Assembly: GCA_963817235.1 (NCBI GenBank)
Contig: CAWFNS010000002.1
Span: 277,703 to 341,702 of the forward strand
Reading direction: 5' to 3'
Source: an uncultured Actinomycetes bacterium
GTDB taxonomy: Bacteria; Actinomycetota; UBA4738; HRBIN12
DNA: 64,000 nucleotides
The position numbers and the translations under genes are program-made. This document shows, one piece after another, positions 19,544 to 31,682 of the stretch. A model generated the notes under the pieces. That model had not been told where the DNA came from. It made no database searches and worked only from the letters and a program-made list of their open reading frames with translations. The first letter of the stretch is position 1, and each line of letters starts with the position of its first letter.

Positions 19544-20542
19544 TCACGCCGGCGGCAGCGGACGGGCGGCGGGCCCGTTCACGACCTCGCCGAGCCGTGA
19601 GAAGCGCGAGCCGTGGCACGGGCAGTCGAACGTCCGCTCGCCGGGGTTCCACGCGACCGTGCACCCGAGGTGCGTGCATCGCGCCGACAGGAGGTGCTGC
19701 TCGCCGCCCTCGTCCACGAACACCGCGAGCTTCTCCCCGCGCCGCTCGATCACCCCGCCCTCGCCGGGCGCGAGCTCCGAGGCGATCTGCACGACGGTGC
19801 GGCACAGCAGGACGTCGCGGTCGGCCCCTTCCACGACCGTCTCGGGGACCGAGCCGAGCAGGTAGCCCTTCGCACCCTGGAGGCCCTTGTTGCCCACGAC
19901 GACGAGCTCCGCGTCGACTGCTTCGGCGGTCCGGAGGATCTCCTCGCGGGGGTCGCCCTGGAGCAGCCGGACGTCGGTCTCGATGCCGCGCCCGTACACG
20001 TCGATCGTGTCCTGCATCACCAGCTCGCCGGTCGCCGGATGCCCGACGAACACCAGCGTCACGGCGGCCAGGACCTCACGCGCGAGGTCGAACCCCTTCC
20101 GCGCGGCCCGGTCGGCGGTGGCGGAGCCGTCGCTCGCGATCAGGATCCGGCCGTACGGCGCGTGCGGGTCGCGGTTCCCGCCGGCGACGATCAACAGGTC
20201 GCAGGGGGTGTGTCGGACCATCCACCGCGTGAGGCCGGACAGCTGCTGGCCGGCGCCGCGCGCCACCACGACGAGGCCGGCGTCGCGCTCCTCGGCGAGG
20301 CTCACGAGCACGTCGCCCGCCCGCCCCGGCACGGCGACCGCCTCCATCTTCGCCCGGCGCATGCCCGCCGCCTCCGCCGCCGCGAGCGCGGCCTCGAGGT
20401 GATCGGGCGCGTCGGGCTCGGCCGCCGTGCCGCTCGTCGCGATCAGGCGCGCCGACGTGGCCCGGGCGATCTCGGCGGCGACCTCGCCGGCGCGCGTCGC
20501 CGCCGGCGATCCATCGGTTCCGAACACGATCCGTCCCCACAT
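19544..20542 (-). CDS. tandem universal stress protein (UspA) domains fused to a C-terminal Rieske [2Fe-2S] domain
   Basis: ATG at 20542. Two Usp-like halves (IVFGTDGS...LLIVAG; ILIASDGS...VVVGNKGLQG..LGSVPETV), then CTHLGC-x14-CPCHGS, the Rieske C-x-H...C-x-x-H ligand pattern. Confidence 0.75.
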   Translation of the reverse strand: MWGRIVFGTDGSPAATRAGEVAAEIARATSARLIATSGTAAEPDAPDHLEAALAAAEAAGMRRAKMEAVAVPGRAGDVLVSLAEERDAGLVVVARGAGQQLSGLTRWMVRHTPCDLLIVAGGNRDPHAPYGRILIASDGSATADRAARKGFDLAREVLAAVTLVFVGHPATGELVMQDTIDVYGRGIETDVRLLQGDPREEILRTAEAVDAELVVVGNKGLQGAKGYLLGSVPETVVEGADRDVLLCRTVVQIASELAPGEGGVIERRGEKLAVFVDEGGEQHLLSARCTHLGCTVAWNPGERTFDCPCHGSRFSRLGEVVNGPAARPLPPA

Positions 20543-20571
20543 GGGCGGTGAGCCTACCCGAGGGCTGCGGA

Positions 20572-23111
20572 TCAGCGGACCGCGCGGGACCGCTCGAGCA
20601 CGGAGTCGGCCGGGAGCTTGTCCGGGCGCAGCCGCTTGAACACGGGCGCGCGCATCTTGTGCGTCGACTTCGTGATCTCCAGGAACTCGACCTCGACGAC
20701 GACCTCCGGCCGGACGAACACCGCGCCGCCGACCCGCCCCAGTTCCGGATCGTCGATCGGCGGGTCCGGCCGCACGAGCGGGCGAAGCAGGTCGAGCACC
20801 GTCGTGAGCATGCCGTCGGTGAAGCCGCTGCCGACCTGGCCGACCCATCGGAGGTCCCCGCCGTCGTAGGCGCCCACGAGGAGCGCGCCGAACGTCGCGC
20901 TGCGGCCCCCCTGGCCGGGCGTGAAGCCGAGGACCACGCAGTCCTGCGTGTTCTTGATCTTGATCTTGCGCCACGCGTCCGTGCGTTTGCCCGGGACGTA
21001 CGGGGTGCCGCGGCGTTTCGCCACCACGCCCTCCAGCGCCTGCGCGCGCGCCGCGTCGACCAGCGCGACGCCGTCGCCCTCGACGTGGGTCACGATCTGG
21101 AGCCGCTCGTCCTGTTCGACGACCAGGTCCAGCAGCTCTCGCCGTTCCTCGAGGCCGAGCGCGGTCGTGTCGCGCCCGTCGAGCCACAGCAGATCGAACG
21201 CCACCAGCGCGACCGGGATCCGCTTGCGCGCCCGGTCGATCTCCCGGGGGTTCGCGAGGTTCATCCGCTGCTGGAGGACCTCGAAGGAGTTCTTGCCGTC
21301 CTCGTCGAACGCCACGATCTCGCCGTCGATCACCGCGTTCACCTGGTCGACGAGCTCGTGGATCATGTGGATCTCGGGGTACTGCGCGGTGGCGTCGCGG
21401 CCGGTGCGCGTGCGCAGCACCGTCTGCCCGGTGGAGAGCTCGGCGAGGCATCGGATGCCGTCGAACTTCGGCTCGAACCACCATCCGGGATCGTCGAAGG
21501 GATCCCAGCCGCCCTCGGCGAGCATCGGCTGGAACCGTGGCGGCGAGGCGATCATCGGCGCGGTCTGGTTCGACGCGAGGAACGCCAGCCAGTCGGTCCG
21601 CGTCTTCACGAAGTGGAACTCGATGCCGGGGTAGCGCCGGCCGTGCAGGCGGAACGACACCTTCGTGTCGGTCCATTCGATCGGCTCGTACCAGCCGTCG
21701 TCGAAGATCCGGACCTCGCCGGCGCCGTAGTGCCCCTCCGGGATCGTGCCGGCGAATCTCCCGTACTCGAGCGGGATGGACCTCGGTCTGCACCGCCAGG
21801 CGCTTGTCGCCCTTCTGGGTCGGCAGGCCCTTCGGCACGGCCCAGGACGGCAGACCTCCGTCCTTCTCGAGACGGACGTCGTAGTGCAGACGTGTGGCGC
21901 GGTGCTTGTGGATCACGAACGAGTTGCCGGCGCCGGCCTCGTCGCCCGGTGCGGGCTCGGTCGTGCCCGCCGGGCCGAACTCGCGCCGGCGGACGTACTC
22001 GAACAGCGCGGGGTCCTTCGAGGCGAGCGCGATCTCGTCCGAGGTCTTCGTCGCGACGCTCGGCGACGCCGTGCGGGGCAGGCGCCCCGGCTCCTCGTCC
22101 TCCTCGACCTCGACGCCGAGCGCGTCGAGCGCGGCGGCGACATCGGCCGCCGGGCCCGGTCCGCACGCCGTCCCACAGGTCGCCGACGGACGCGAACCGC
22201 TCCCACACGTTGTCGATCCGGAAGTCCTGCGGCTCGAACCCGCCGGCCTCGACCTCGTCCCACGTGAGCGGCGTGGAGACGGGGGCGCGCGGCTCCGGGC
22301 GCAGCGAGTAGGCGGCCGCGATGTTCGCGCCCCGGCGGTTCATGTTGTGGTCGATGAAGATCTTCCCCGAGCGGTCGGCCACGCGCCAGGCCATCGTCAC
22401 GCGGTCGGGGTCGGCCTGCTTGATCAGGCTGCCGCACGCGCCGACGAAGGCGCGCACCTCCGCGTAGGTCGCGGAGCCGGGTTCGAGCCGCACGAAGATC
22501 TGCAGGCCCGTCGCGCCCGAGGTCTTCGGATGCCCGGTCATGCCGAACCCGTCGAGCAGCACGCGGATGTGGCGCGCGACGGCAAGGACGTCCTCGTAGG
22601 TGTACGGCGGGAACGGATCGAGATCGAAGAACAGGTAGTCGGGATGCTCCACGTCCTCGCATCGCGAGTGCAGCGGATGCATCTCGATCGCGCCGAGGTT
22701 CGCGACGAACAGCAGCGTCGGCAGATCGTCGACCGTGAGGTAGTCGATCCGGCCGGCCTTCGCGTCCTCGGACAGGACCGTGCAGCGGTGCACCCACTCC
22801 GGCGTGTGCGACGGCGCCGTCTTCTCGTAGAACGCGTCGCCGTCGATGCCGTCGGGCATCCGTTTCATCGTGAGCGGCCGGTGCTCGAGGTGGGGGAGCA
22901 GGAGGTCGGCGACGTTCGCGTAGTAGGCGATCACGTCGCCCTTCGTGATCGCCTCCTCCGGCCAGAAGACCTTGTCGAGGTTGGACAGGCGCAGCTCGCG
23001 TTCGGGGAGGTCGAGCCACCACGCGTCGCGTTCGCCCTTGCGCACCGCGAGGTCGTGCGGCATCGGCACGGTGAAGGCGGGTCCCCCGGTGCCGCGCTTC
23101 CGCGTGGGCAT
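20572..23111 (-). CDS. ligD: multidomain ATP-dependent DNA ligase LigD (polymerase-phosphoesterase-ligase), two frame hops as assembled
   Basis: Pol domain: MPDGIDGDAFYEK, YLFFDLDP, TSGATGLQIFV, IDHNMN. PE domain: FVIHKHRATRLHYDVRLE, TEVHP. Ligase domain: EPKFDGIRC (KxDG), EGVVAKR, WRKIK. Minus-strand phase goes 2,1,0 with switches near 22165 and 21770. Confidence 0.85.
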
Positions 23112-23153
23112 CGCTCGATGGTAGCGGGGCTGGCCGCGCCGGCGGGGCGGGCG

Positions 23154-23159
23154 TAGGCT
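23154..23159 (+). promoter_or_regulatory. candidate -10 hexamer (TAGGCT) of a leaderless transcript
   Basis: 6 nt upstream of ATG 23166, in the 54-bp divergent gap between ligD and the nitrilase gene. Confidence 0.35.
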
Positions 23160-23165
23160 CGGCCG

Positions 23166-24161
23166 ATGACGAGCTCGCGCGTCGCGATCGTCCAGCGGGC
23201 CCCGGTGCTGCTGCACCGCGAGGAGACGATGGAGCGTGTCCTCGGCGGGCTCGAGGAGGCGACCGGCGGCGGCGCGACCCTCGTGGTCTTCCCCGAGACG
23301 TACCTCCCCGGCTACCCCGAGTACATCTGGCGCCTCAGCCCCGGCGACGACTACGACCTCTCGCGCGAGATCCACGGACGCCTGCTGTCGAACGCGATCG
23401 ACCTCGACGCCGGCGACCTCCAACCGGTGCAGGACGCGGCGCGCCGCACCGCCGCGACGGTGGTGATCGGCGTGCACGAGCGCGACGGTGCGTTCAGCCG
23501 GGCGACGATCTACAACACGGTGGTCACGATCGGACCCGACGGCACGGTCCTGAACCGTCACCGGAAGCTCGTGCCGACGAACCCGGAGCGCATGGTGTGG
23601 TCGCCGGGCGACGGCGCGGGCCTGCGCGTGGTCGAGACCCCGGTCGGGCGGCTCGGCTCGCTGATCTGCTGGGAGAACTACATGCCCCTGGCCCGGTTCG
23701 CGCTCTACGCGCAGGGGGTCGACGTGTACGTGGCGCCGACCTGGGACGAGGGCGACGGATGGATCGCGACGATGCGGCACATCGCCCGCGAGGGCAGGTG
23801 CTGGGTGCTCGGCGCCGGCTGCGCGATCGCCGCGAGCGACGTCCCCGCGGACTTCCCCGATCGCGACCGGCTCTACCCCGACCCGGAGGAGTGGCTCAAC
23901 GACGGCGACTCCGTGATCGTCGATCCGAGGGGGGAGATCGTGGCCGGGCCGCTGCGCCGTGAGTACGGCGTGCTCTTCGCCGACGTCGATCCCGACGCCT
24001 CTCGCGCGTCGCACTACACCCTCGACGCCGCCGGCCACTACAACCGGCCCGACGTGTTCACGCTCCGGGTCGACCGGACGCCGCGCCGCCAGGTCGCCTT
24101 CGAGGACGGCGACGGGCGTCCGGCCGCACCGCCGGCGAACGCCGACATCCTCGAGATCTGA
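23166..24161 (+). CDS. nitrilase / carbon-nitrogen hydrolase family protein
   Basis: Intact 331-aa ORF. VVFPETYLPGYP (Glu), HRKLVPT (Lys), LICWENYMP (Cys): the E-K-C catalytic triad context. Confidence 0.85.
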   Translation: MTSSRVAIVQRAPVLLHREETMERVLGGLEEATGGGATLVVFPETYLPGYPEYIWRLSPGDDYDLSREIHGRLLSNAIDLDAGDLQPVQDAARRTAATVVIGVHERDGAFSRATIYNTVVTIGPDGTVLNRHRKLVPTNPERMVWSPGDGAGLRVVETPVGRLGSLICWENYMPLARFALYAQGVDVYVAPTWDEGDGWIATMRHIAREGRCWVLGAGCAIAASDVPADFPDRDRLYPDPEEWLNDGDSVIVDPRGEIVAGPLRREYGVLFADVDPDASRASHYTLDAAGHYNRPDVFTLRVDRTPRRQVAFEDGDGRPAAPPANADILEI

Positions 24162-24212
24162 ACAACCCGACCCGCGGGCGTTGCACGGAAGCGACTCGGG
24201 GATCCATGGTGC

Positions 24213-24741
24213 GTGGTGGATCGTCCGGTGCACGATGAGGCATCGCTCGTCGCCGAGGATCTCGGGGCGGTGGAGACGGTGGGGTTCGAGGAGTTCTTCG
24301 CGGCGGAGCATGCCCGGCTCTACTCGGCCCTGTGCGCCGTCACCGGGAACCGGCAGGAAGCCGAGGAGATCATGCAGGAGGCCTTCCTGAAGCTCTGGGA
24401 GCGGTGGGAGCGCGTCTCCGGACATCGACGATCCGGTCGGCTACCTCTACCGGACCGCGATGAACGTGTTCCGGCAGCGTCTGCGCCGCGCGAAGGTCGC
24501 GGTGCGCAAGGCCGTCCGGCCGGCCGAGCACGAGGACGCCTACGAGGAGGTCGACTCCCGTGAGGTCGTGATCCAGGGGCTCCGGGCCTTGCAGCCGCGA
24601 CAACGCGCCGCCGTCGTGCTGACGTCGCTCCGGGGGTTCAGCTCCGAGGAGGCCGCCGAGATGCTCGGGATGAGCCCCGGCGCGGTCCGCATGCTCGCGA
24701 CGCGGGGCCGGGCCTCGATGCGGAAGGCGGTGAGCCCGTGA
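24213..24741 (+). CDS. ECF (sigma-70 group IV) RNA polymerase sigma factor, one frame hop as assembled
   Basis: Region 2 EAEEIMQEAFLKLWERWERV. After a +1 hop near 24420: GYLYRTAMNVFRQRLRR, and region 4 LQPRQRAAVVLTSLRGFSSEEAAEMLGMSPGAVRMLATRGR. Confidence 0.8.
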
Positions 24742-26240
24742 CGACGTCACCCGACATCCTCGAGCGGACGTTCCCGGCGCCGCCGGACTCGTTCGAGCGG
24801 CTCGTCCGCCGACGGGCACGACGCGAACGCACGCGCAAGATCACCGACGGCGCACTCGCCTTGATCCTCGTCGTCCTGTTGGTCGCCGCACTGGCGGGCG
24901 CGCTCGCCCTCCGCCGGCAGCGCTCGGAGCCGCTGAACGGGCCGATCACCCCCTCGAACGTCTCCCAGCTCGGCCTCGTCTGGTCATCTCCGGCGGGCGG
25001 GGCGTTGGCCACGCAGGCGCTCGTCGTCGGGGGTCACGTGTACGTCATCGACGGCGACCAGTTCCTGCGCGTCTATCCGACATCGTGCGGCGCCGCGACC
25101 TGCGCACCGCTCTGGACGACGAAGCTCGGATCACCGGGCTTGCTGCCATGGGGAGCGCCGGCCGCTTCGGGTGATCGCGTGTACGTGCCCACCGGCGACG
25201 GTCGGCTGCTCGCGTTCGCGACCGACTGCGTATCGGACTGTCGGCCGGTTTGGTCGGCCCGGCTGGGCGATGACATGTCGAGCACGTCGCCGGTCGTCGT
25301 CGATGGGATCGTCTACGTGGCATCCAACGCCTCCCCCGTCGGGCTGATCGGGGCCTTCCCGGAAACGTGCCCGCTGTCCCCGGAGCCGTGCCCGCCTCTG
25401 TGGACGGGTGAGCTCTCGGGTGGGTTCGTGGGCTCGCAACCCGCCGTCGTGAACGGCGTCGTCTACGTGGGATCGACGACGGGCACCCTCTACGCGTTCC
25501 CGACGTCATGCAGCGCAGACCGGGGGTCGCTGTGCGCCGTTGTGGACGACGACGTTCGGCGAGCCCCCCTACGCCGACTACAGCCACATGATCACCCCCA
25601 TCCTTGCGACGGACTCGAGCGTCATCGTGGCGTCGGGTTCCGCCCTGCACGCGTACCCGACCACCTGCACGCGAGCGGGGATCCCGTGCCGGCCGACGTG
25701 GACCGCGCACGTCCAGGGCTGGATCAACTTCCTGACGAGCGGTGGTGACTCCCTCTACGTCTCCTCGGGGTACTGGGCCGCCTCCCAGACGCAGGGCCGC
25801 ATCTCGGTGATCCCGCAGGCGTGCGCGCGGCGATGCACCCCGACGTCGACGTTCCATGTGCCCCAGGGCGGGGGCCTCACCGTCGCCGACGGGGTGCTCT
25901 ACGTGGGGTGGATCAGCGGCGCGAGCGCGTTCGACGCGCGTTGTGGAGCGGACGACAGCTGCAGGCCCCTGTGGACCGCGCCCGGCCATGCCTGGTCGGA
26001 CGTTCAGCCTCCGAGCGTCGCGGACGGCGTCATGTACACGGGCGATGCGAGCGGCCGGATCTATCGCGTTCGGCCTCGGCGGCACGGCGCGGCTCCCCGG
26101 GACCGCTCCCGCACCAGGAGCGGGACGGGGCCAATCCGCGCTGTACGGCGTCGCTCTACGGCCTGCTCGCGGCGGCCGTCATCGTCTGGGTGATCCGGCG
26201 GCGACGGCGCCGCGATGCGGCGCCGTCGCCCCAGACCTGA
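24738..26240 (+). CDS. membrane-anchored PQQ-like beta-propeller repeat protein, putative anti-sigma partner; three frame hops as assembled
   Basis: The GTG overlaps the sigma stop (GTGA). It has a short cytoplasmic N-terminus, a TM helix (ALALILVVLLVAALAGALAL), then about 7 repeats of V.V..G.LYAFP..C...C.P.W type. Frames run f2,f0,f1,f2 and it ends with a hydrophobic + RRRRRR tail. Confidence 0.6.
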
Positions 26241-26243
26241 GCG

Positions 26244-29200
26244 CTACGACGGCGTGCCGTAGACCTCGATCTCGGACATGTCCATGAACGAACAGCCGTC
26301 GAACGCGCCGGGATCGGAGGCGGCCGGACCGCAGCGCGCCGCGAGGCCGGTCGCGCCGGGCGGGCAGTTCGTCCCGTCGTCGCACGTGTCGCCGGTGAGC
26401 GGGACCATCGGGTCCAGCATCGTGAAGCGCACGAAGTTGACGCCCGTCGTGACCCCGCCGAGCGTGACCGGGTTGAGCGTGCCGACGTCGCCCGAGAAGA
26501 AGGTCCCCGTGGCGACCTGGCTCCACGTCGTCCCGTTCGCCGACGACTCGACCAGGTAGTCGTGCGTCGAGGCCGACAGGCCGTCGCCGCACGTGTGGCC
26601 GGGGTCGATCACGATCGACGAGATGTCGACCGCGACCGGCAGCGCGATCACGACGTGCTTCGGGGTCGCGCTCCCCGTCTCGTCGCCGTTGTTGTTGCCC
26701 GTGGTGCTGCCCCAGCCGTTGCCGAGCGACTGGTCGATCGCGTCCCCGGGCCCACACCCGAACGTGGTGTAGTCGGGCCCGTTGAAGCTCGCGATCGACG
26801 CGCCCCCGGCCGCCGAGGCCCAGTCCCGATCGAGGCTCCAGTCCTTCGTGTTGGTGCCCGCGGCGATGGTCACGGTGTCGTCCACGGACCGGTCGTAGCC
26901 CGCCGCCGCCGCGCTCACGCCGCCGTAGGTGTGCACGAAGATGTTCGGGATCGAGTAGTGGCCGGCGGCGTCGGTCACGGCCGCGAGGTCGCCGACGAAG
27001 CCGGACGCGTGGCCGCCGAAGGCCACGACCGCGCCTTCGATCGGATCGGCCGTCTCGGAGTCCCGGACCGTCCCGGAGAGCGTGCCCTTCGGCGCTCCCG
27101 GCGCCGGCGGCATCGAGAAGTCCTCGACGGGCTGCGTGTCGTCGCCGTCGATCGACGAGGCGAAGTACCCCATGCCCCGGTGCGCGAAGACCTGCCAGAT
27201 CTTCGTCTGGTGCGAACCGCCGTGCAGGACCTCGTCGGCCTGGAGGATCGCATTGCGCTCATCCAGGAACGACGGGTTCGACGGCGACAGCTCCATCGCC
27301 CGCGTCACGAGCCCCTCGGTCACCTTCGAACCGAGCGCCCGACGGAGGTCCCAGAGCGTCTGGCCCCAGATCTCGCCGTCCGCGTGGACCTCGACCTGAT
27401 CGATGACCTTCCCGAAGTCGCCGTACGTGTAGCCGCCGGTCCCGGTGGTGCCGGGGCATCTGCGGCGAGGTCGAACCGACCGGACAGTCCATCGGCTCGG
27501 TCCGGATCAGGTCCTGCCCCGCGCCGACGTACTGCCCCACGCGCAGCTGACCGGGTGCGGCGGTGTCGGTGAACAGGCCGCGGTTCACCAGGTAGTCCAT
27601 CGCGTACCAGTCGCTCCAGGCCTCGCCCATCGCGCCGGCCTGGATGTTGCCGAGGGTCGAGACGCCGTTCGCGTCCACGACCAGCCGGTTCGAGAGGCCG
27701 TGCGTGTATTCGTGGAAGACGATGTCCGCCTCGTCGGCCCCGTTGCTCTGGATGTAGGGGTCGGACCCCGGCCCGGCGATGATGTTCGTCAACGGGTCGT
27801 TCCACAGGTACATCTGCATCGTCGGGGCGAACCCGTCCGGCGGCGTGCTCATGTTCGCGTTGTCCGAGTGGTCGAAGTCGGGCAGTCCGATCAGGCCGTT
27901 ACCGAGGTCGAGCGTGTTGGCTCCGTCGAGCGCCTGGCCGAGCACCGGGTCTCCGCCGAAGCCGTGGCCCGAGGCGTTGAAGACCTCGAAGTTCCCCGCC
28001 GCCTGCGTGAAGCCGATCGGAGCGGCCTTCAGGTGCTGGTGGTACTTGTTCAGGAACCAGAACAGCTGCGTGGCGTTCTGGCGACGGTTCGTGCGCCAGG
28101 AGTAGCCGCCCTTCTTGCGCGAGTCCCACGAGCACGGGAACTTCACGACGCACGGTGAGTCCTTCGTGTTCGTGAACGGCACGAACGGGAACGTCCAGTC
28201 GCCGGTCCTTGCGCGGGCGGACCTCCTCCGACTTCTGGGCGACGTTGTCGTCGTTCACGTCGGTGGTGACCCACGCGTTGTCGCCGAACAGGCGGTTCCG
28301 CGCGAAGAGGTACGGGTTGAGGTTCACCGTGTGCTGCGCGCCGCCCTTCGGCGCGTGCGGGTAGTTCTCGAAGACGCTCCCGCTGGCGTCGTCGGTGAGG
28401 GACCGGCGGTACAGGATCGCGCCGGTCCGCGCGTCCACGACGCTGAGGAACAAGCCCTGGCGACCCCAGAGGTACGTCTGCCAGGCGAGCTGCGTGCCGC
28501 CCGAGCGGGGGAAGAAGACCCTCGTCGCGGTGGGGCTCGTCCGGCGGATCGTGCCGGCGCGCGTCACCGCGGGCAGGCCCATGACGTTCGTGAGCTTCGC
28601 GTCCGCGACCGCCGTCGAGATCGCGCGCGCGGCGGGCACGGTCGCCGCCGTGGCGACGTCGGCGAGGCCGGCGACCGGCGAGCCGAGGACGCTGATGACC
28701 CGGCCGTCCTTCGTCACGTTGATCCGCAGTCCGCTCCCGAAGACGTCGATCCCGGCGCGGCGCTGCGTCCACGCGAGGTGGTGGGTGCCGTCGATCGAGA
28801 CGTAGTCGCGGACGAACACCAGCGTGCCGAGCGTCGCGTCGGTGATGCCGAACGCGGCCTCGTGCGCGCGGAGGTAGTCCATCGCGACCGCGCGCGACGG
28901 ATCCGGCGCGTGGGGCGGAGAGGAAGCCGTTCAGCTTCGCGATGATCCGGGGCGTGCCGGTGATCGGGTCGAGCTGCACGACACCCTGGACGCCGAGCGA
29001 CGCGTCGAGCTGCCGGAGCGCCGGCGGCGCCTGGGCGAGGAGGCGGGCGGCGCGGACGGCCTGGCGCATCCGGGCCGGCACGCCGGCCCGCGCGTCGTAC
29101 GTGGTCGCGGCCGACCTGGTGCCCTCGGCGACGGCCTTGCCGGCCACCGTGGACGTTCCCTGCTGCGCGGCGCCCGGCAGCGCCGCCAGCACCACGATCG

Positions 29201-29258
29201 CAACGGACACGGCCGTGGCGGCGCCGAACCACCACCGACGTCCTCGACGCGTCGACAT
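26244..29258 (-). CDS. secreted M36 (fungalysin-type) metallopeptidase with C-terminal carboxypeptidase-regulatory-like and discoidin (F5/8 type C)-like domains; three frame hops as assembled
   Basis: Signal peptide MSTRRGRRWWFGAATAVSVAIVVLAALPGAAQ. FTP/propeptide region. HEYTHGLSNRL + GEAWSDWYA zinc site. Then GTLSGTVRD..AAGHYSI, and FGCGP..VRFTMLDP tail. Minus phase runs 2,1,0,2. Confidence 0.8.
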
Positions 29259-29453
29259 GGAACGTCCCCCTCTCGCTGATCGACCGGCCCGGGCGAGCCG
29301 ACCGGGCAAGTCTCGGGCTCCGAAGCACTGCATACGCAAGCGCGCTGCACATCGGCTCGCTCGCCCCGGGAACGCCCTCGATGCCTGTCGGTGGTTCTCG
29401 GTAGACTGGCGTTCCCGCAGGCAGACGGCCTGCAACCCGGGGGGGTTCCGATC

Positions 29454-30337
29454 ATGCCGAGAGCAATGTGGAAGGGCGCCATCTCCTTCGGCTTGGTGAC
29501 GATCCCGGTCGCGGTGTATCCGGCCACCGAGGAGAAGTCGCTCAGGTTCAACCAGTTGCACGACGCCGACGGCGGCCGCATCCGCTACAAGCGCGTCTGC
29601 GAGAAGGACGGCGAGGAGGTCGGCTTCGAGCACATCGTGAAGGGCTACGAGGTCGAGAAGGACCGCTACGTGATCCTCACGGACGACGACTTCGACGCCA
29701 TACCGGTCGAGTCCAGCCGGGCGATCGACATCCAGCAGTTCGTCGATCTGGACCAGATCGATCCGGTGATGTTCAAGAAGAGCTACTACCTGGTGCCCGA
29801 GGAGACCGGCGCGAAGGCGTACTCCCTCCTCCGCGAGGCGATGTCGGAGGACGGCCGCGTCGGCATCGCGAAGGTCAGCTTCCGCGACCGCGAGCACCTC
29901 GCGGCGCTCCGCTTCAAGGACGACGCGTTCGTGCTGGAGACGATGTACTGGCCCGACGAGATCCGCGAGGCGGACTTCGGCGGCGTCGACGTCGACGCGA
30001 AGGTACGCGGCCAGGAGCTCGAGATGGCGCGGCAGCTCATCGACTCCCTCTCGTCGGCGTGGAACCCGGCCGAGTACGCGGATGAGTACCGGGAGGGATT
30101 GCTCAAGATCGTCGAGGCGAAGCTGAACGGCCAGGAGATCGAGGTCGTCGAGCCGGAGCCCACCGCGAAGGTCGTCGACCTGATGGAGGCGTTGAAGGCG
30201 AGCGTCGCCGCCGCGAAGAAGGGATCGGAGCCCGCGCCGAAGAAGCCGGCGGCCCGGAAGACGGCGGCGAAGAAGACGGCGGCGAAGAAGCCCGCCGCGA
30301 AGAAGCCCGCGGCGCGCAAGAAGGCCGTCGGGGAGTA

Positions 30338-30338
<1 letters not shown>
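29454..30338 (+). CDS. ku: Ku protein (NHEJ DNA end-binding) with lysine/alanine-rich C-terminal tail
   Basis: MPRAMWKGAISFGLVTIPVAVYPAT, YKRVC, KSYYLVP, and the tail PAPKKPAARKTAAKKTAAKKPAAKKPAARKK. Intact. Confidence 0.9.
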
Positions 30339-31678
<1,340 letters not shown>

Positions 31679-31682
31679 CGCG

